Virus record (IMG/VR): IMGVR_UViG_2870579115_000001
Span: 17,301 to 81,300 of that record
Reading direction: 5' to 3' (one strand)
Source: a virus
Length of the DNA: 64,000 nucleotides
Shown piece by piece: positions 18,272 to 27,941 of the stretch. The notes under the pieces are model-generated. The model did not search any database. It saw only the letters and a list, made by a program, of their open reading frames with translations, and had not been told where the DNA came from. Within the stretch, counting starts at the first letter, position 1. Each line of letters starts with the position of its first letter. Made by a program: the position numbers and the translations under genes.

Positions 18272-19528
18272 CTACGTGGGGGGCGCGGAGTCGGTGAGCG
18301 CGTACATCCACCGCTCTTCGCATCCGAGGCCGCGCAGCAGCGGCCCGATCAGGCGCCGGGTGATGGCGCCGGGACTGGTCGTGAGTTCCGCCCAGCTCGC
18401 GGCGGTCGCCCGCTGATAGACGTCCTGGTCGTAAAAGGAGCCGTACACAATGAACCGCGGAGGGTCGACATGGGACCAGGCGATCTTGTCGCGGAGACGA
18501 CAGGCGCCAACCGCGAGCGCCCAGTTCCCAAGGTAGCCACTCTCCTCGGCAGCCGCCGTGACCATGGCGAGGAACCGGCGGAGCAAGGTCACTGGAGCAG
18601 CGTCGACGATCACATGCTGGAGGCGCGGGGTCTGGAACGACAAGCGGCTCTGGAACAGACGCAGTCCGCCATCCTCGAAGACCTGCAACTCGAGGGCTCC
18701 TTCGCCGCTGATGTCCTCCTTGAACCTGCGCCCGCCCGCGATGTTTCCAGTCGTCATGGCGACGCCGCCGGACCTGCGCCCGTGAAAGGCGGCGTCGACA
18801 AGGTCGGGCGTGATTCCGTCGCGGTCCACCACATCGTCCAGCTCCGCGTAAGCCCGGGTGATGAACTGACTCAGGCGGTCGTGCCAGCCTTTGCCGCTGG
18901 TGAAATCCAGCAGCATGTCCTCCCGCCCGGCCATCGGCTGCGCGACGAGGAACAGGTGCGCCTGGTCCCCCACGTCTGCCATGGGGTCGCTTTCCATCTC
19001 CCGGGCGAGCAGCGTCAGTGCGTCCTGCTCGCCGGAGCGCCGGCGTGCGTGGAGCCGGGCCACTTCCGCGTCTGTGAGCACGTGCTTCGTCTTGTCGTTG
19101 CGTCCGTAGTAGCGGCCGTCGACCATGTGCGGGGCCTGCGGGTTGGCCGGTATGTGTACGAGCACGTAACCGGCTGCCGGGTCGTTGGCGGTCGGAATCT
19201 CGACGGTGACCACGTTCAGCGGCGGGTCCGGGATCGTACGGGCGACCTGGTCGATCTTCTCTGCGAGGCCGTCGAGATGTTGTGGGGCAAGGGAGAAGCG
19301 GCGCTGCTGCTTGTCCTCACCGACGCCGACGATCAGGGTTCCGCCGTCGATGGCGAAGCTGGCGAGGTCCCGGGCCAACTCCTTGTTGTCGCCCTTGGTG
19401 TGTAGTTCCTGCTTCGCGTCCAGTCGGCTGGACTCGCTCAGCAGCCCGCCGTCGACGACGTTGCGGATGTCGGCCTCCGTCCTTGGCTCCCAGCGGGGAG
19501 TGTCGGAGGACAGGTACATGGACGTCAC
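18272..19528 (-). CDS. AlbA_2/Schlafen-type putative DNA-binding domain protein
   Basis: LLSESSRLDAKQELHTKGDNKELARDLASFAIDGGTLIVGVGEDKQQRRFSL...; GTG start at 19528 preceded by GAGGAG. Confidence 0.7.
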   Translation of the reverse strand: MTSMYLSSDTPRWEPRTEADIRNVVDGGLLSESSRLDAKQELHTKGDNKELARDLASFAIDGGTLIVGVGEDKQQRRFSLAPQHLDGLAEKIDQVARTIPDPPLNVVTVEIPTANDPAAGYVLVHIPANPQAPHMVDGRYYGRNDKTKHVLTDAEVARLHARRRSGEQDALTLLAREMESDPMADVGDQAHLFLVAQPMAGREDMLLDFTSGKGWHDRLSQFITRAYAELDDVVDRDGITPDLVDAAFHGRRSGGVAMTTGNIAGGRRFKEDISGEGALELQVFEDGGLRLFQSRLSFQTPRLQHVIVDAAPVTLLRRFLAMVTAAAEESGYLGNWALAVGACRLRDKIAWSHVDPPRFIVYGSFYDQDVYQRATAASWAELTTSPGAITRRLIGPLLRGLGCEERWMYALTDSAPPT

Positions 19529-19794
19529 GGGCGCTCCTCGCAACTCGTCGCGGTTCACCTGGATCTGGCGACGTTTCAGATCACGATAGCGATCAAAGAC
19601 TCCCGCATCCGCATGAGTTCGACCGTCGGGAGGGCAGGTCTCGAACTGGGCACTGGGCGGGGCTGGTTCGGGCTGTGACGGCCGTACGGCGCCCGCTTGG
19701 AGTGGGGGAAGGCTTCCGGCCTGATGGGCTGTGGGACGCCGGGAGGGGGCCTGACGGGCATGTGCCGTCAGACCCCCTCCCGGGGTGGTGCGGG

Positions 19795-20487
19795 TCAGGC
19801 GAACAGGGCCTCTTGCAGCGGCTCCGGCTCGGCCTCGGCCGGGGCCGGCCGGTCGTGGTCCAGGTGCCGGGCGACCGTCCACGTGAGCCACCGCCACTCG
19901 TCGGGCAGCGGCCGGTTCCTGGTGACCTCGACGCCGACCTGGCGCGCGTTCAGGTCGAGGAGCAGCAGGTCCCCGCGCACCCGGTGCACGGTCCCGTCGC
20001 AGTGCAGCCACACCTCACACTTCGGGGAGCCGAGACCGGTGAGCATCGCGAAGCGGTGGATGTCGCCCCAGCCGGGGTGCAGCCCGCCCGGCTTGACCCA
20101 CAGCCAGGTGCCCGGCTTCACGTCGCCGGCAGCCGCGGGGGTGTGCTCGTACGGAGGCCGCTGCCGCACGGCCCGGTGCGGCTTGGGCGGGTAGTAGTGG
20201 CTCGGCGGGAAGTGCGGCCGGGCGGCCCGCGCCTGCCGCGCGTCCTCGGCGAGGGCGAGCAGCCGGTCCCGGGGGGTGTAGCAGCGCGGGCCGACGTGCC
20301 AGTTGCGCGGCCCTCGCTGCTCCCACCAGGACGGGGAGCCGCACTTGCAGCGGCCCTCGGTGAGGTATTGGCGTGCCGTCTCGCACGGCCAGGCGCTCGC
20401 GCACGTGCGGCACACCCACGGGTCCTCGGCGCTGTTCGGCAGGTGCGCGTCCGGCATCCGGATCGGGCGGATGCTCCACTCCCCCAT
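19795..20487 (-). CDS. hypothetical protein, Cys-containing, Streptomyces type
   Basis: MGEWSIRPIRMPDAHLPNSAEDPWVCRTCASAWPCETARQYL... Confidence 0.6.
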   Translation of the reverse strand: MGEWSIRPIRMPDAHLPNSAEDPWVCRTCASAWPCETARQYLTEGRCKCGSPSWWEQRGPRNWHVGPRCYTPRDRLLALAEDARQARAARPHFPPSHYYPPKPHRAVRQRPPYEHTPAAAGDVKPGTWLWVKPGGLHPGWGDIHRFAMLTGLGSPKCEVWLHCDGTVHRVRGDLLLLDLNARQVGVEVTRNRPLPDEWRWLTWTVARHLDHDRPAPAEAEPEPLQEALFA

Positions 20488-21140
20488 CACGCGGTCCGCT
20501 TGGTGCAGTGCCACCAGACCGTCATGGTCGCGAGGCATTCCAGCGCGTCGTCTTCGGTCTCGAAGTGGTCGGGGTAGCCGTCCTTCGGGTCGCAGCATCG
20601 GGTGTGCAGGATGCCGACCTGGCGGGTGCCGACCCTCACGCGCCCGTCGGCCGGGACGGTCACCGGCTTGCCGGTGGCCAGGTCGGTCGCGTGGTACAGC
20701 GCCGGTTCGCCGTGCTCGGTCCGTCTGAGCACGGCGATCAGCTCCGGGGTCATCAGCAGCGTCACGTGGGCGGTGGTCTCCACCACGTAGGGCGGGACGG
20801 GCTCCAGGCCGCAGACGTCGACGCGGGAGGCGCGGATGTACTCCGCCCGCTCTCTGCGCTCGGCGGCGATCGTCTCTAACGCGACGGCGACCGCCGCGCG
20901 GCGCGTGGGGCCTTCGCCCTTCACCTCGCGGTGCCCGTCGGCGTCCCGAACCTGCCAGGCGCCGCGGTGCCGGTAGACGGCCATCACCGAGTTCACGACT
21001 CGGGTGTGGCCGGGGATGTCGGCCGGGAACGCGCCGGGGACGGTGAACAGGTAGCCGCGCCGGGCGACCGGCACGTGGTCGGGGAAGCGGTCAGGCCCGT
21101 ACGGGGTGAACTGCACTTCGGGGATGGTGCTGGCGGTCAT
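20487..21140 (-). CDS. hypothetical protein
   Basis: MTASTIPEVQFTPYGPDRFPDHVPVARRGYLFTVPGAF...; coupled to downstream gene. Confidence 0.55.
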   Translation of the reverse strand: MTASTIPEVQFTPYGPDRFPDHVPVARRGYLFTVPGAFPADIPGHTRVVNSVMAVYRHRGAWQVRDADGHREVKGEGPTRRAAVAVALETIAAERRERAEYIRASRVDVCGLEPVPPYVVETTAHVTLLMTPELIAVLRRTEHGEPALYHATDLATGKPVTVPADGRVRVGTRQVGILHTRCCDPKDGYPDHFETEDDALECLATMTVWWHCTKRTA

Positions 21141-21226
21141 CGTGGTGCCTCTCGGTTCGGGTGGCTGAGGGCGCGGGACCGTACTGGGCAGCGTGCGCCC
21201 CGTACGGTCCCGGCGGGTCAGGCTTG

Positions 21227-22171
21227 TCAGGCGCCGACGCGTTCGACGCCGTTGGCCGCGCAGTCCGGGCACGGGCTCCAGGAGGAGCACGGCCGGTGCG
21301 CGCCCTGGGCGCGGTTGCAGTGCGTGCAGTGGGCCGGGTGATGGTGATGGTTGGTCAGCAGGTCCAGCGCTTCGCTGAGGGTCGAGGCGCCCAGGACGCG
21401 GATGCCGTCGACCTCGCGGGCGTCGGGCACGTCCGCGTCCGGGACCAGGACGGCCGGAGCTCCGGCGTCGACGGCGGCCCGCACGTGGTCGCGTGCGACG
21501 CGGACCGGCCGGAGTCTGCCGTCCAGGCCGAGTTCCCCGACCAGCACGACACCGGCCAGGGCCTCGGCGGGGAGCTGCCCGGACGCGGCGAGGACCGCGC
21601 ACCCGATGGCCAGGTCCAGGCTGCTCGTTGCCAGGGTCGTCGGCTCGGCCGCCGTCACCGTCACGAGGACGTTCGACTCGGGCCAGGGGTGGCCGCCGTT
21701 CAGCACGCCCGCCCGTACGCGGTCGCGGGTCTCGGGGGTACAGCGGGCGGGCAGCCCGTCCACGTTGAACGTGGCAACGCCCGGGGCGCTGCTCGCGGTC
21801 ACGGTGTGGAGGGCGGTGCTCGCCACAGCCACGGCCTCGGCGTTGCCGTAGGTCGAGCTGTCCGGGGCGACGTCACCGGCGGGGCCGTAGGCGTCCATGT
21901 TGCTGTTGCTGCTCAGCCCGTAGTCGTCGAGGCCGGACCGCTCGCGCAGCTCGGCCAGGTGCTTGTCGATGGCCTGCCGCGCGGTGTCCGCGAACACGGT
22001 CGTCACCTCACCGAAGGCGTCCATGGCGTCGACGCCGATCTCCTCGAGTGCGCACGCGCGCTTGGTGGCGTCGGCCGGTGCGGGCGCGGCGTCCCACAGG
22101 GTGTAGCTCGTTCCCTGGTCCTGGCCGACGATGATGAACTCGCGTTCCTGCTCGCGTTCCTTAGTGCTCAT
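21227..22171 (-). CDS. ChlI/YifB (ComM) N-terminal Lon-protease-like domain protein
   Basis: ...TASSAPGVATFNVDGLPARCTPETRDRVRAGVLNGGHPWPESNVLVTVTAAEPTTLATSSLDLAIGCAVLAASGQLPAEALAGVVLVGELGLDGRLRPV... Confidence 0.75.
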   Translation of the reverse strand: MSTKEREQEREFIIVGQDQGTSYTLWDAAPAPADATKRACALEEIGVDAMDAFGEVTTVFADTARQAIDKHLAELRERSGLDDYGLSSNSNMDAYGPAGDVAPDSSTYGNAEAVAVASTALHTVTASSAPGVATFNVDGLPARCTPETRDRVRAGVLNGGHPWPESNVLVTVTAAEPTTLATSSLDLAIGCAVLAASGQLPAEALAGVVLVGELGLDGRLRPVRVARDHVRAAVDAGAPAVLVPDADVPDAREVDGIRVLGASTLSEALDLLTNHHHHPAHCTHCNRAQGAHRPCSSWSPCPDCAANGVERVGA

Positions 22172-22191
22172 GGTGGCGTTCCTCCGGCCGG

Positions 22192-23100
22192 TCACGCGGC
22201 GTCGATGCTGGTGAAGTGGGCGCGCAGCGCGCTGAGGGTTTCCTTCTGCGACTCGCTCAGGACGTCGTGCTGGTCGCCGACCTCGGCCCATAGCTCGGTG
22301 CCGGCGCGCAGGGCTCCGCGCACGTCGAGCGGTGCGACCAGGTCGACGATGTCGGCGAGCGCGTCGGCCGGGGCGGATGCGTTCGTCCGCTGGACCTGGA
22401 CCAGGTCGCGACCGCGGATGATGTGCAGCTCGCTCACGAGCTCGTCGAAGCGGGACTTCTCGTCGTCGGCGAGGCGGAAAGCGACGTAGGCCGGGGAGAG
22501 CCAGTTGACCTTGGCCTGGATCAGCTTCGTGAACTCGTGGTCCTCGCCGAACTGCGCTGCCGGGTCGGAGTCGTCGCCCCAGACGTCCAGGACTTCACGC
22601 CACCGGCCGTCGATCATGACCTCGTCGTTGTCGGCGACGTCGTACGCCCGGATCGTCTCGACCCTCCACGTCGAAGGCTGCTGGCCTGCCGGGTCCGCCT
22701 CGGCGGCCGGGGTGCCGGGCAGCACCACGTGGTACAGGTTGTTCCAGCTCGGGATCGGCTGCCATCCGGCGGCGGTCACCGTGTCGTAGTCCCGGCCGAA
22801 GGACAGGACGGCAGACAGGACGGTGCGCGCCGTGTCGAGCGCGGCGAGGGGCAGCAGGTTGTTCGGCGTCTGGTCGTAGGCCGACCAGACGCGGCGGCTG
22901 CCGCTGTGGATGCCGACCAGTTCGCCTTCGGACGGCTCGACGGTCACGACCGTGGCGGCCGGGAAGTGCTCCCGGGCGATGCTCGCCAGGGCGTCGGCTC
23001 CCGCCTCGAAGACGAGGTTGCGGGCTTCGGCGGTGGCCAGGCACGCGTCGTCGAGGTCCGGGGGCAAAGGGCCGGTCTGGTTGGTCTCGTAGCTGCTCAC
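22192..23100 (-). CDS. hypothetical protein
   Basis: GTG start; SSYETNQTGPLPPDLDDACLATAEARNLVFEAGADALASIAREHFP... Confidence 0.55.
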   Translation of the reverse strand: MSSYETNQTGPLPPDLDDACLATAEARNLVFEAGADALASIAREHFPAATVVTVEPSEGELVGIHSGSRRVWSAYDQTPNNLLPLAALDTARTVLSAVLSFGRDYDTVTAAGWQPIPSWNNLYHVVLPGTPAAEADPAGQQPSTWRVETIRAYDVADNDEVMIDGRWREVLDVWGDDSDPAAQFGEDHEFTKLIQAKVNWLSPAYVAFRLADDEKSRFDELVSELHIIRGRDLVQVQRTNASAPADALADIVDLVAPLDVRGALRAGTELWAEVGDQHDVLSESQKETLSALRAHFTSIDAA

Positions 23101-23257
23101 GCGTACTCCTGTAGTGATCTGAAAGGCGGGTACGGTGGGCCTCACGCGTTCAGTCGGGTTGTGAGGCCCTTCGGTGCTGAGCGCTGCGGCCGACGGGATT
23201 CCCACGCTTTTGCGCCCCGTCGGCCGCTTTGCTGTCTTGCGGGTGGTTCGGGTGGTT

Positions 23258-23304
23258 CTACATACATCATTCCCTAGTGAACTTTGGAAAACCCAGTTTG
23301 GGTG
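23258..23304 (-). promoter_or_regulatory. conserved element R1 (CCAAAG/CTTTGG family) upstream of 23100
   Basis: ctacatacatcattccctagtgaactttggaaaacccagtttgggtg; related to R2-R5. Confidence 0.6.
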
Positions 23305-23329
23305 AGGTTTTTCGGAGAATCGCAGCAGG

Positions 23330-26089
23330 TCAGGCGGCCAGGGCATACCGGTCGATGGGCTCGCCCGTGACGCACTCGACGAGCGCGCACAGCAGGATCT
23401 CCGCGCACGGCGGGGTGACCGCGTTGCCGTACTGCTTGATCTGGTCGCGCTTGCTGCCGAGCACCCGGTAGCTGTCGGCGAACGCCATCGCCCGGCCGAT
23501 CTCCTTCGGCTCCAGCATCCGGAAGAGGATCTTGGAGACGTCCCACTCGCCGTTCTCCAGGAGCGCGTACCGGTCCCGCGTGGGCAGCGTCCCGATCGGG
23601 TCGTTGACGCTGCGCACCTGACCGTTGCCGTAGTACGGCATGAGCAGCGGGTCTCCAGTGACGAGCGACTGGTGACCCGTGGTCGTCATGGTGCGCATCG
23701 GCTCGCCGATCGGCGTGCAGTGCTCGACGCCGGAGCCTCGCGACCCGTTGTTCCGCATGATCATCGCCGGGGTCACGAGGCCGTGGTGCAAGCCGCCCGC
23801 CGTCACCGTGTGCAGCGGCGCCTCCATGGGCCGGGCCTTCTCCTTGTCGCCTCCGCCGCGCATCGGGATCACGAACGGCGGCGGGTAGGCGATGGCCGTC
23901 TCAGCCCGCGCGGTCTGCGTGCGCAACGGCTGGTCCAGGCGCATGGCGACCTTGCCGTCACGCCCCTCGCAGGGGATCAGCATGGGCGGCGGGACGAGCA
24001 GCCCATCCCCTTCCCTCGTGGTGCGCGTCGCCATCGGCACATCCACGCTGGCCGCGCCGTTGCGCCACGTGCCGCCGGTCGGCACCAGCAGAGGCGACGC
24101 CCCGGGGCCGGCCGCTCCGGCAGCGTCCTCGCCGAACAGCGAGCCCTGCACGTCGGCCTCGTGGGCCGCCTCGAACTGCGGCCAGTACCGGGCGATCCCG
24201 GCGCGGATGCGGTCCATCGTCGCCGGGGCCAGGCCCTCGGGCGCGTCCTTGGACTTGGGCCGCGACCCGATCGGCGTGCCCTTGATGGACCAGTCGATCG
24301 CGACCGACGCGGGCAGCGTCTCGGGCTCGACGAGGGAGCGGCAGTCCGACTTGGGGCACCGGTAGTCGTACGCCTGCTTGTAGCGGCCCATGTCCCGGCC
24401 GGGCTTGCGGAAGACCTGCACGGCCGCCACGACCTCGTCGCACCGGACGCACAGGGCGCGCGGCCTCAGCCACTTGTCCCAGTCCGGGTGACGGCCCAGG
24501 CTCTTGTGCCAGTACGCGAGATACAGCCGGTCACGGGACTGCGGCGCCCGGTGCACCGACCGCGGGTCGGCGTGCATGCTGTTCAGCGCGATCAGCCGCG
24601 TGTGATAGCCGAGCTTGTGGAACTCGCCGATCCACCGGTCCCACTCCGCCCACTTCCTGACGTCGACGACGTTCTCCACGACACCGGCCTTGACGAGCTG
24701 GCCGCGCTCCTGGACGCCGCGCAGGTACAGCGGCACTTCCTCCATCAGGGCGCGGGACTCTTCCTCTTCCTGCGTCGGCCCGTCCGGCCCCTCGTCGCCG
24801 GCCGTGCGGAACTTCTCCGCCTCCTCCGCCGCGTACAGCTCCAGCAGGTCGCCTTGCACCGCCTTCTGGAACGACCGCTTCATGCCCTTCGCGATGGACC
24901 AGTTCGTGCAGTTGTGGACCGTGAAGCCGTCCGCGACGTACGACTCGTCGTCGGCGACGCTGAAGTTGAACACCTCGGCCCGCGCCCCAGGCTCGACGCG
25001 CGAGGTGCGGTGCCAGCGGTGCCCGTAGAGGTCGAGGCGCCGTCCCCCGTCCCGCTTCCAGGCGAGCACCCATCCGCCCTTGCCACGCGGCTGGCTCTGG
25101 TCGCTCAGCCCGCCAGCGAAGCCGAGCGAGCAAACGAGAAGGCGCAGCCCGATCATGAACGGCTTGGAGTGCATCCGCACCGCGAACCTTTCGCGGTCGC
25201 CGTCGTCGCCAGTCAGGCCGTCCAGGAATGCTTGGCGGGCGTCCCGGGGCATCGTCAGTGCCCAGGCGGGGAAGCGACGGCCAGCGCCGTACGGACCGAA
25301 GGCGTCGGCGACCCAGTCGACGAGGTCAGCGCAAACCGCGGATGCCGCAACGCCCTTGCGGAGGATCATCGTTCCCGCCATGCGCATCACGTCGGCGAGG
25401 GGCGTGCCGGTGAGGGACGCGGGCAGTTCAGGAACCGGCAGCGGCTCCCCGAAGTCGACGGGCGAGGCGAGCCGGTGCCCCTCAGTCAGGTCACGCGACG
25501 GCGTCCAAACAGCGGCGGACATCCCGCTTCCGCCGTCACCGCCGCCCAGGAGGACGGGGCCACTGCGCGTGTAGAAGGGGTGCTCTGCGGTGGTGACGAT
25601 GCCGTTGGTCATCGTCGCGCAGCGCACGCGGACGGTGTCGGCGGTCTTCCGCATCACTGAGGTGACCCGCCGCCATCGGCGCCGGTGGGTGAACACCTCG
25701 TCGCCGACCACGACCTGCTGGATCGGGACGGTTCCGCGCCGGGTCAGGATCATCGTGTCGGCCGGGAAGCACTCCGGGCTTCCCCAGTGGATGTCAGCGA
25801 CCGGCCACGACCAGACGGGCGCCTTGCGGATGTTCCCGATGTAGTGGGCGACGCCGGGCAAGTTGAACATGTGCGTCTTGAGGGCCTGCTTCCAGTGGTT
25901 CGTCGCGAACGACACCCGCAGGCCGGGCACTTGCTCAGCGGCCTGGCTTGAGCCTCCCGCCCCGCAGAACCAGTCCTGAATGGTCAGGTCGCCGCCGTCG
26001 TGCTTGTAGGCGCGGACCCGTCTCGTCCGGGGCTTCACGGTGGCGGAGGCTGCCCCTCCTGCGGGCAGGCTGGAGTCCTGGTAGGCCAT
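23330..26089 (-). CDS. DNA (cytosine-5) methyltransferase interrupted by an in-frame intein
   Basis: Motif I IQDWFCGAGGSSQAAEQVPG; motif IV split GSPE|intein|CTNWS; C-terminal KQYGNAVTPPCAEILLCALVECVTG. Confidence 0.9.
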   Translation of the reverse strand: MAYQDSSLPAGGAASATVKPRTRRVRAYKHDGGDLTIQDWFCGAGGSSQAAEQVPGLRVSFATNHWKQALKTHMFNLPGVAHYIGNIRKAPVWSWPVADIHWGSPECFPADTMILTRRGTVPIQQVVVGDEVFTHRRRWRRVTSVMRKTADTVRVRCATMTNGIVTTAEHPFYTRSGPVLLGGGDGGSGMSAAVWTPSRDLTEGHRLASPVDFGEPLPVPELPASLTGTPLADVMRMAGTMILRKGVAASAVCADLVDWVADAFGPYGAGRRFPAWALTMPRDARQAFLDGLTGDDGDRERFAVRMHSKPFMIGLRLLVCSLGFAGGLSDQSQPRGKGGWVLAWKRDGGRRLDLYGHRWHRTSRVEPGARAEVFNFSVADDESYVADGFTVHNCTNWSIAKGMKRSFQKAVQGDLLELYAAEEAEKFRTAGDEGPDGPTQEEEESRALMEEVPLYLRGVQERGQLVKAGVVENVVDVRKWAEWDRWIGEFHKLGYHTRLIALNSMHADPRSVHRAPQSRDRLYLAYWHKSLGRHPDWDKWLRPRALCVRCDEVVAAVQVFRKPGRDMGRYKQAYDYRCPKSDCRSLVEPETLPASVAIDWSIKGTPIGSRPKSKDAPEGLAPATMDRIRAGIARYWPQFEAAHEADVQGSLFGEDAAGAAGPGASPLLVPTGGTWRNGAASVDVPMATRTTREGDGLLVPPPMLIPCEGRDGKVAMRLDQPLRTQTARAETAIAYPPPFVIPMRGGGDKEKARPMEAPLHTVTAGGLHHGLVTPAMIMRNNGSRGSGVEHCTPIGEPMRTMTTTGHQSLVTGDPLLMPYYGNGQVRSVNDPIGTLPTRDRYALLENGEWDVSKILFRMLEPKEIGRAMAFADSYRVLGSKRDQIKQYGNAVTPPCAEILLCALVECVTGEPIDRYALAA
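24911..25771 (-). other. intein coding segment (287 aa) within the C5 methyltransferase
   Basis: N-terminus CFPADTMILTRRGTVPIQQVVVGDEVFT; block B NGIVTTAEHPFYT; C-terminus EVFNFSVADDESYVADGFTVHN followed by Cys +1; partial LAGLIDADG-like ARQAFLDGLTGDDGD. Confidence 0.92.
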
Positions 26090-26180
26090 GCGGCATCTCC
26101 TGTGAGGTCAGTTCGGCTGAGGCCGGGCGAGCGGGGATTCCCGCCCCCGCTCGCGCGGCCAGGGGTCGTGCTGGGTGGTG

Positions 26181-26230
26181 CTACTTCCATTCTTTCCAAA
26201 GTCACCTTTGGAAAGCCCGGTTTGCCAACT
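26181..26230 (-). promoter_or_regulatory. conserved element R2, perfect CTTTCCAAAG-TCAC-CTTTGGAAAG inverted repeat upstream of the MTase gene
   Basis: ctacttccattctttccaaagtcacctttggaaagcccggtttgccaact. Confidence 0.65.
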
Positions 26231-26271
26231 TGGCTAGGTAAAGGATCGGGAAAGAACGCCAGGTCAGGCAG

Positions 26272-26733
26272 CTACTCCAGAGGCAGCGACGCCGCCTTGA
26301 GCAGGTCCAGGCGGTAGAACTTGCGGCCGTCCCGCTCGGGCAGCTCCTCGCACAGCGGGCGCCACACGTCGCGGTTGCTGTCGTCGAGGTACGGCGTCCA
26401 CTCGCCCATCTCGCCGATGACGAACTGGCCGTCCAGGGCGTCCATGCCGTCCGTCAGCCGCCGCTCCTCGCCGGCGGCCGTCCAGTACCGCCCGGTGGCG
26501 AACAGCGAGCCGTCGGCGCCTTCGGTGAACTCGGCGCTACCCGCGTCGAACGGGGCGTCCGGGTTGTGGCCGGTGAGGACGTCGCGCACCGCCGCGGCGG
26601 TCACGACGGTCATGACGCGGCCGATCCGGTTCTGCGCGCTGCTGAGCGCTGCGAGCGATTCGTCGACCGCCGCCGCGATGCGACGGGCGGAGGGCAAGAG
26701 GTAGGCGGGCTGCTGAGGGCCGTGGGTGGCCAT
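26272..26733 (-). CDS. hypothetical protein
   Basis: MATHGPQQPAYLLPSARRIAAAVDESLAALSSAQNRIGRVMTVVTAAAVRDVL... Confidence 0.5.
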   Translation of the reverse strand: MATHGPQQPAYLLPSARRIAAAVDESLAALSSAQNRIGRVMTVVTAAAVRDVLTGHNPDAPFDAGSAEFTEGADGSLFATGRYWTAAGEERRLTDGMDALDGQFVIGEMGEWTPYLDDSNRDVWRPLCEELPERDGRKFYRLDLLKAASLPLE

Positions 26734-26817
26734 GAGGCGACCTCGATTCGTGTCGGTGGGATGAGGGGTGCCGGGCCGGGGCGGGCGGCGTGCCCGCCCC
26801 GGCGGTGCGGCGGACGG

Positions 26818-27906
26818 CTACTCGGCGGGGAAGGTGAGGACGTACCCGCCGTCGAACTGCGGCTCGGTGCTCGGCGTCCAGCCGCACGCGGCGAGGTCGT
26901 CACGGGTCGGCCGGTACGCGAACATCTCGGTGAGGCGGCCTTCGACCTTCTCCAAGAGCTCGGTGGACACGAAGACGGCGGAGCGCCCTTCCGGGAAGTC
27001 GACGAGGAACCGCACGAACGGGCTTTCCGACGTCGGGTCGGCGACCACGCCGCTCGCTTCCGCGCATGCCTCACGGCACTCGCGCACGAGGTACGGCACG
27101 GTCTCGGCCAGCAGGGCGCGGCGGGCCTCGGTGGCCTTGGCGCGTGCCTCCACAAGCGGGGCCTCGCCGGCCGGTGCGGCACTGCGTGAGCCGAACACGA
27201 TCCGCACCAGGTCGGGTTCGTCGATGTCGCGGGCGGGCCGCCACCCGGCGATCTCCAGACTCCCCGAGTCGCGGCCGTGGTCCAGGGCCTTGCGCAACAC
27301 CTCGTCCGCCTCGCCCAGCGTCTCGGTGTCGAACGGGCCGTACCCGGACTCGCCGTCGGCGCCGGGGTCGGCGTCCGTGCTGGCCGGCCAGTCCACCTCT
27401 GTGCCCTGGACGCTGACGATGCGTCCCAGGCCGGTCAGGTCGACGAGACATGAGATGGCGTCCGGCTTCTGCGTGCGCACGATCTCGCCCATGAGGCGGG
27501 CGGACTCGGAGAGCATCCTCCTCCAGGCGTCGAAGGCGGCGTTCTTCGTGTAGAACAGCGGCCCGTCGGCGACCTGGTACCAGGTCCATTCCCAGCCGCC
27601 GATCCAGTACCGGCCGTCGGCGTCGGGCTGGACGACGTTGACCGTTCCCTCCTGGTCGTCGGTGACCCACTGCCAGCGGATGTGCAGGACGACGGGGGCC
27701 GGCTGGCCGTCGATGACGACGACCTGGTCCGCGCAGTCGAAGCCGATGCGCTCGGCGTCCTCTTCGGTGTGGGCGGCGAGCTGGCGGACGGCGTCGAGGG
27801 TGAAGCCCGGCGAGAGCCAGCCGTTCCACCGGTTCGAGAGGTCGACCAGGGCCGGGTAGATGTGGGTGTCGTCGACGGTCACCCATGTGTCGGTGAGTTC
27901 GCGCAT
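26818..27906 (-). CDS. hypothetical protein, N-terminus paralogous to 27994..28452
   Basis: MRELTDTWVTVDDTHIYPALVDLSNRWNGWLSPGFTLDAVRQLAAHTEEDAERIGFDCADQVVVIDG... Confidence 0.6.
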   Translation of the reverse strand: MRELTDTWVTVDDTHIYPALVDLSNRWNGWLSPGFTLDAVRQLAAHTEEDAERIGFDCADQVVVIDGQPAPVVLHIRWQWVTDDQEGTVNVVQPDADGRYWIGGWEWTWYQVADGPLFYTKNAAFDAWRRMLSESARLMGEIVRTQKPDAISCLVDLTGLGRIVSVQGTEVDWPASTDADPGADGESGYGPFDTETLGEADEVLRKALDHGRDSGSLEIAGWRPARDIDEPDLVRIVFGSRSAAPAGEAPLVEARAKATEARRALLAETVPYLVRECREACAEASGVVADPTSESPFVRFLVDFPEGRSAVFVSTELLEKVEGRLTEMFAYRPTRDDLAACGWTPSTEPQFDGGYVLTFPAE

Positions 27907-27941
27907 GGCGGTGCTCCTGCGGTGTGAGGTGGGTTCGGTTG

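Noticed and set aside
18110-19405. 431-aa plus-strand ORF
   Set aside because: Overlaps the AlbA_2-like gene in antisense and lacks domain features.
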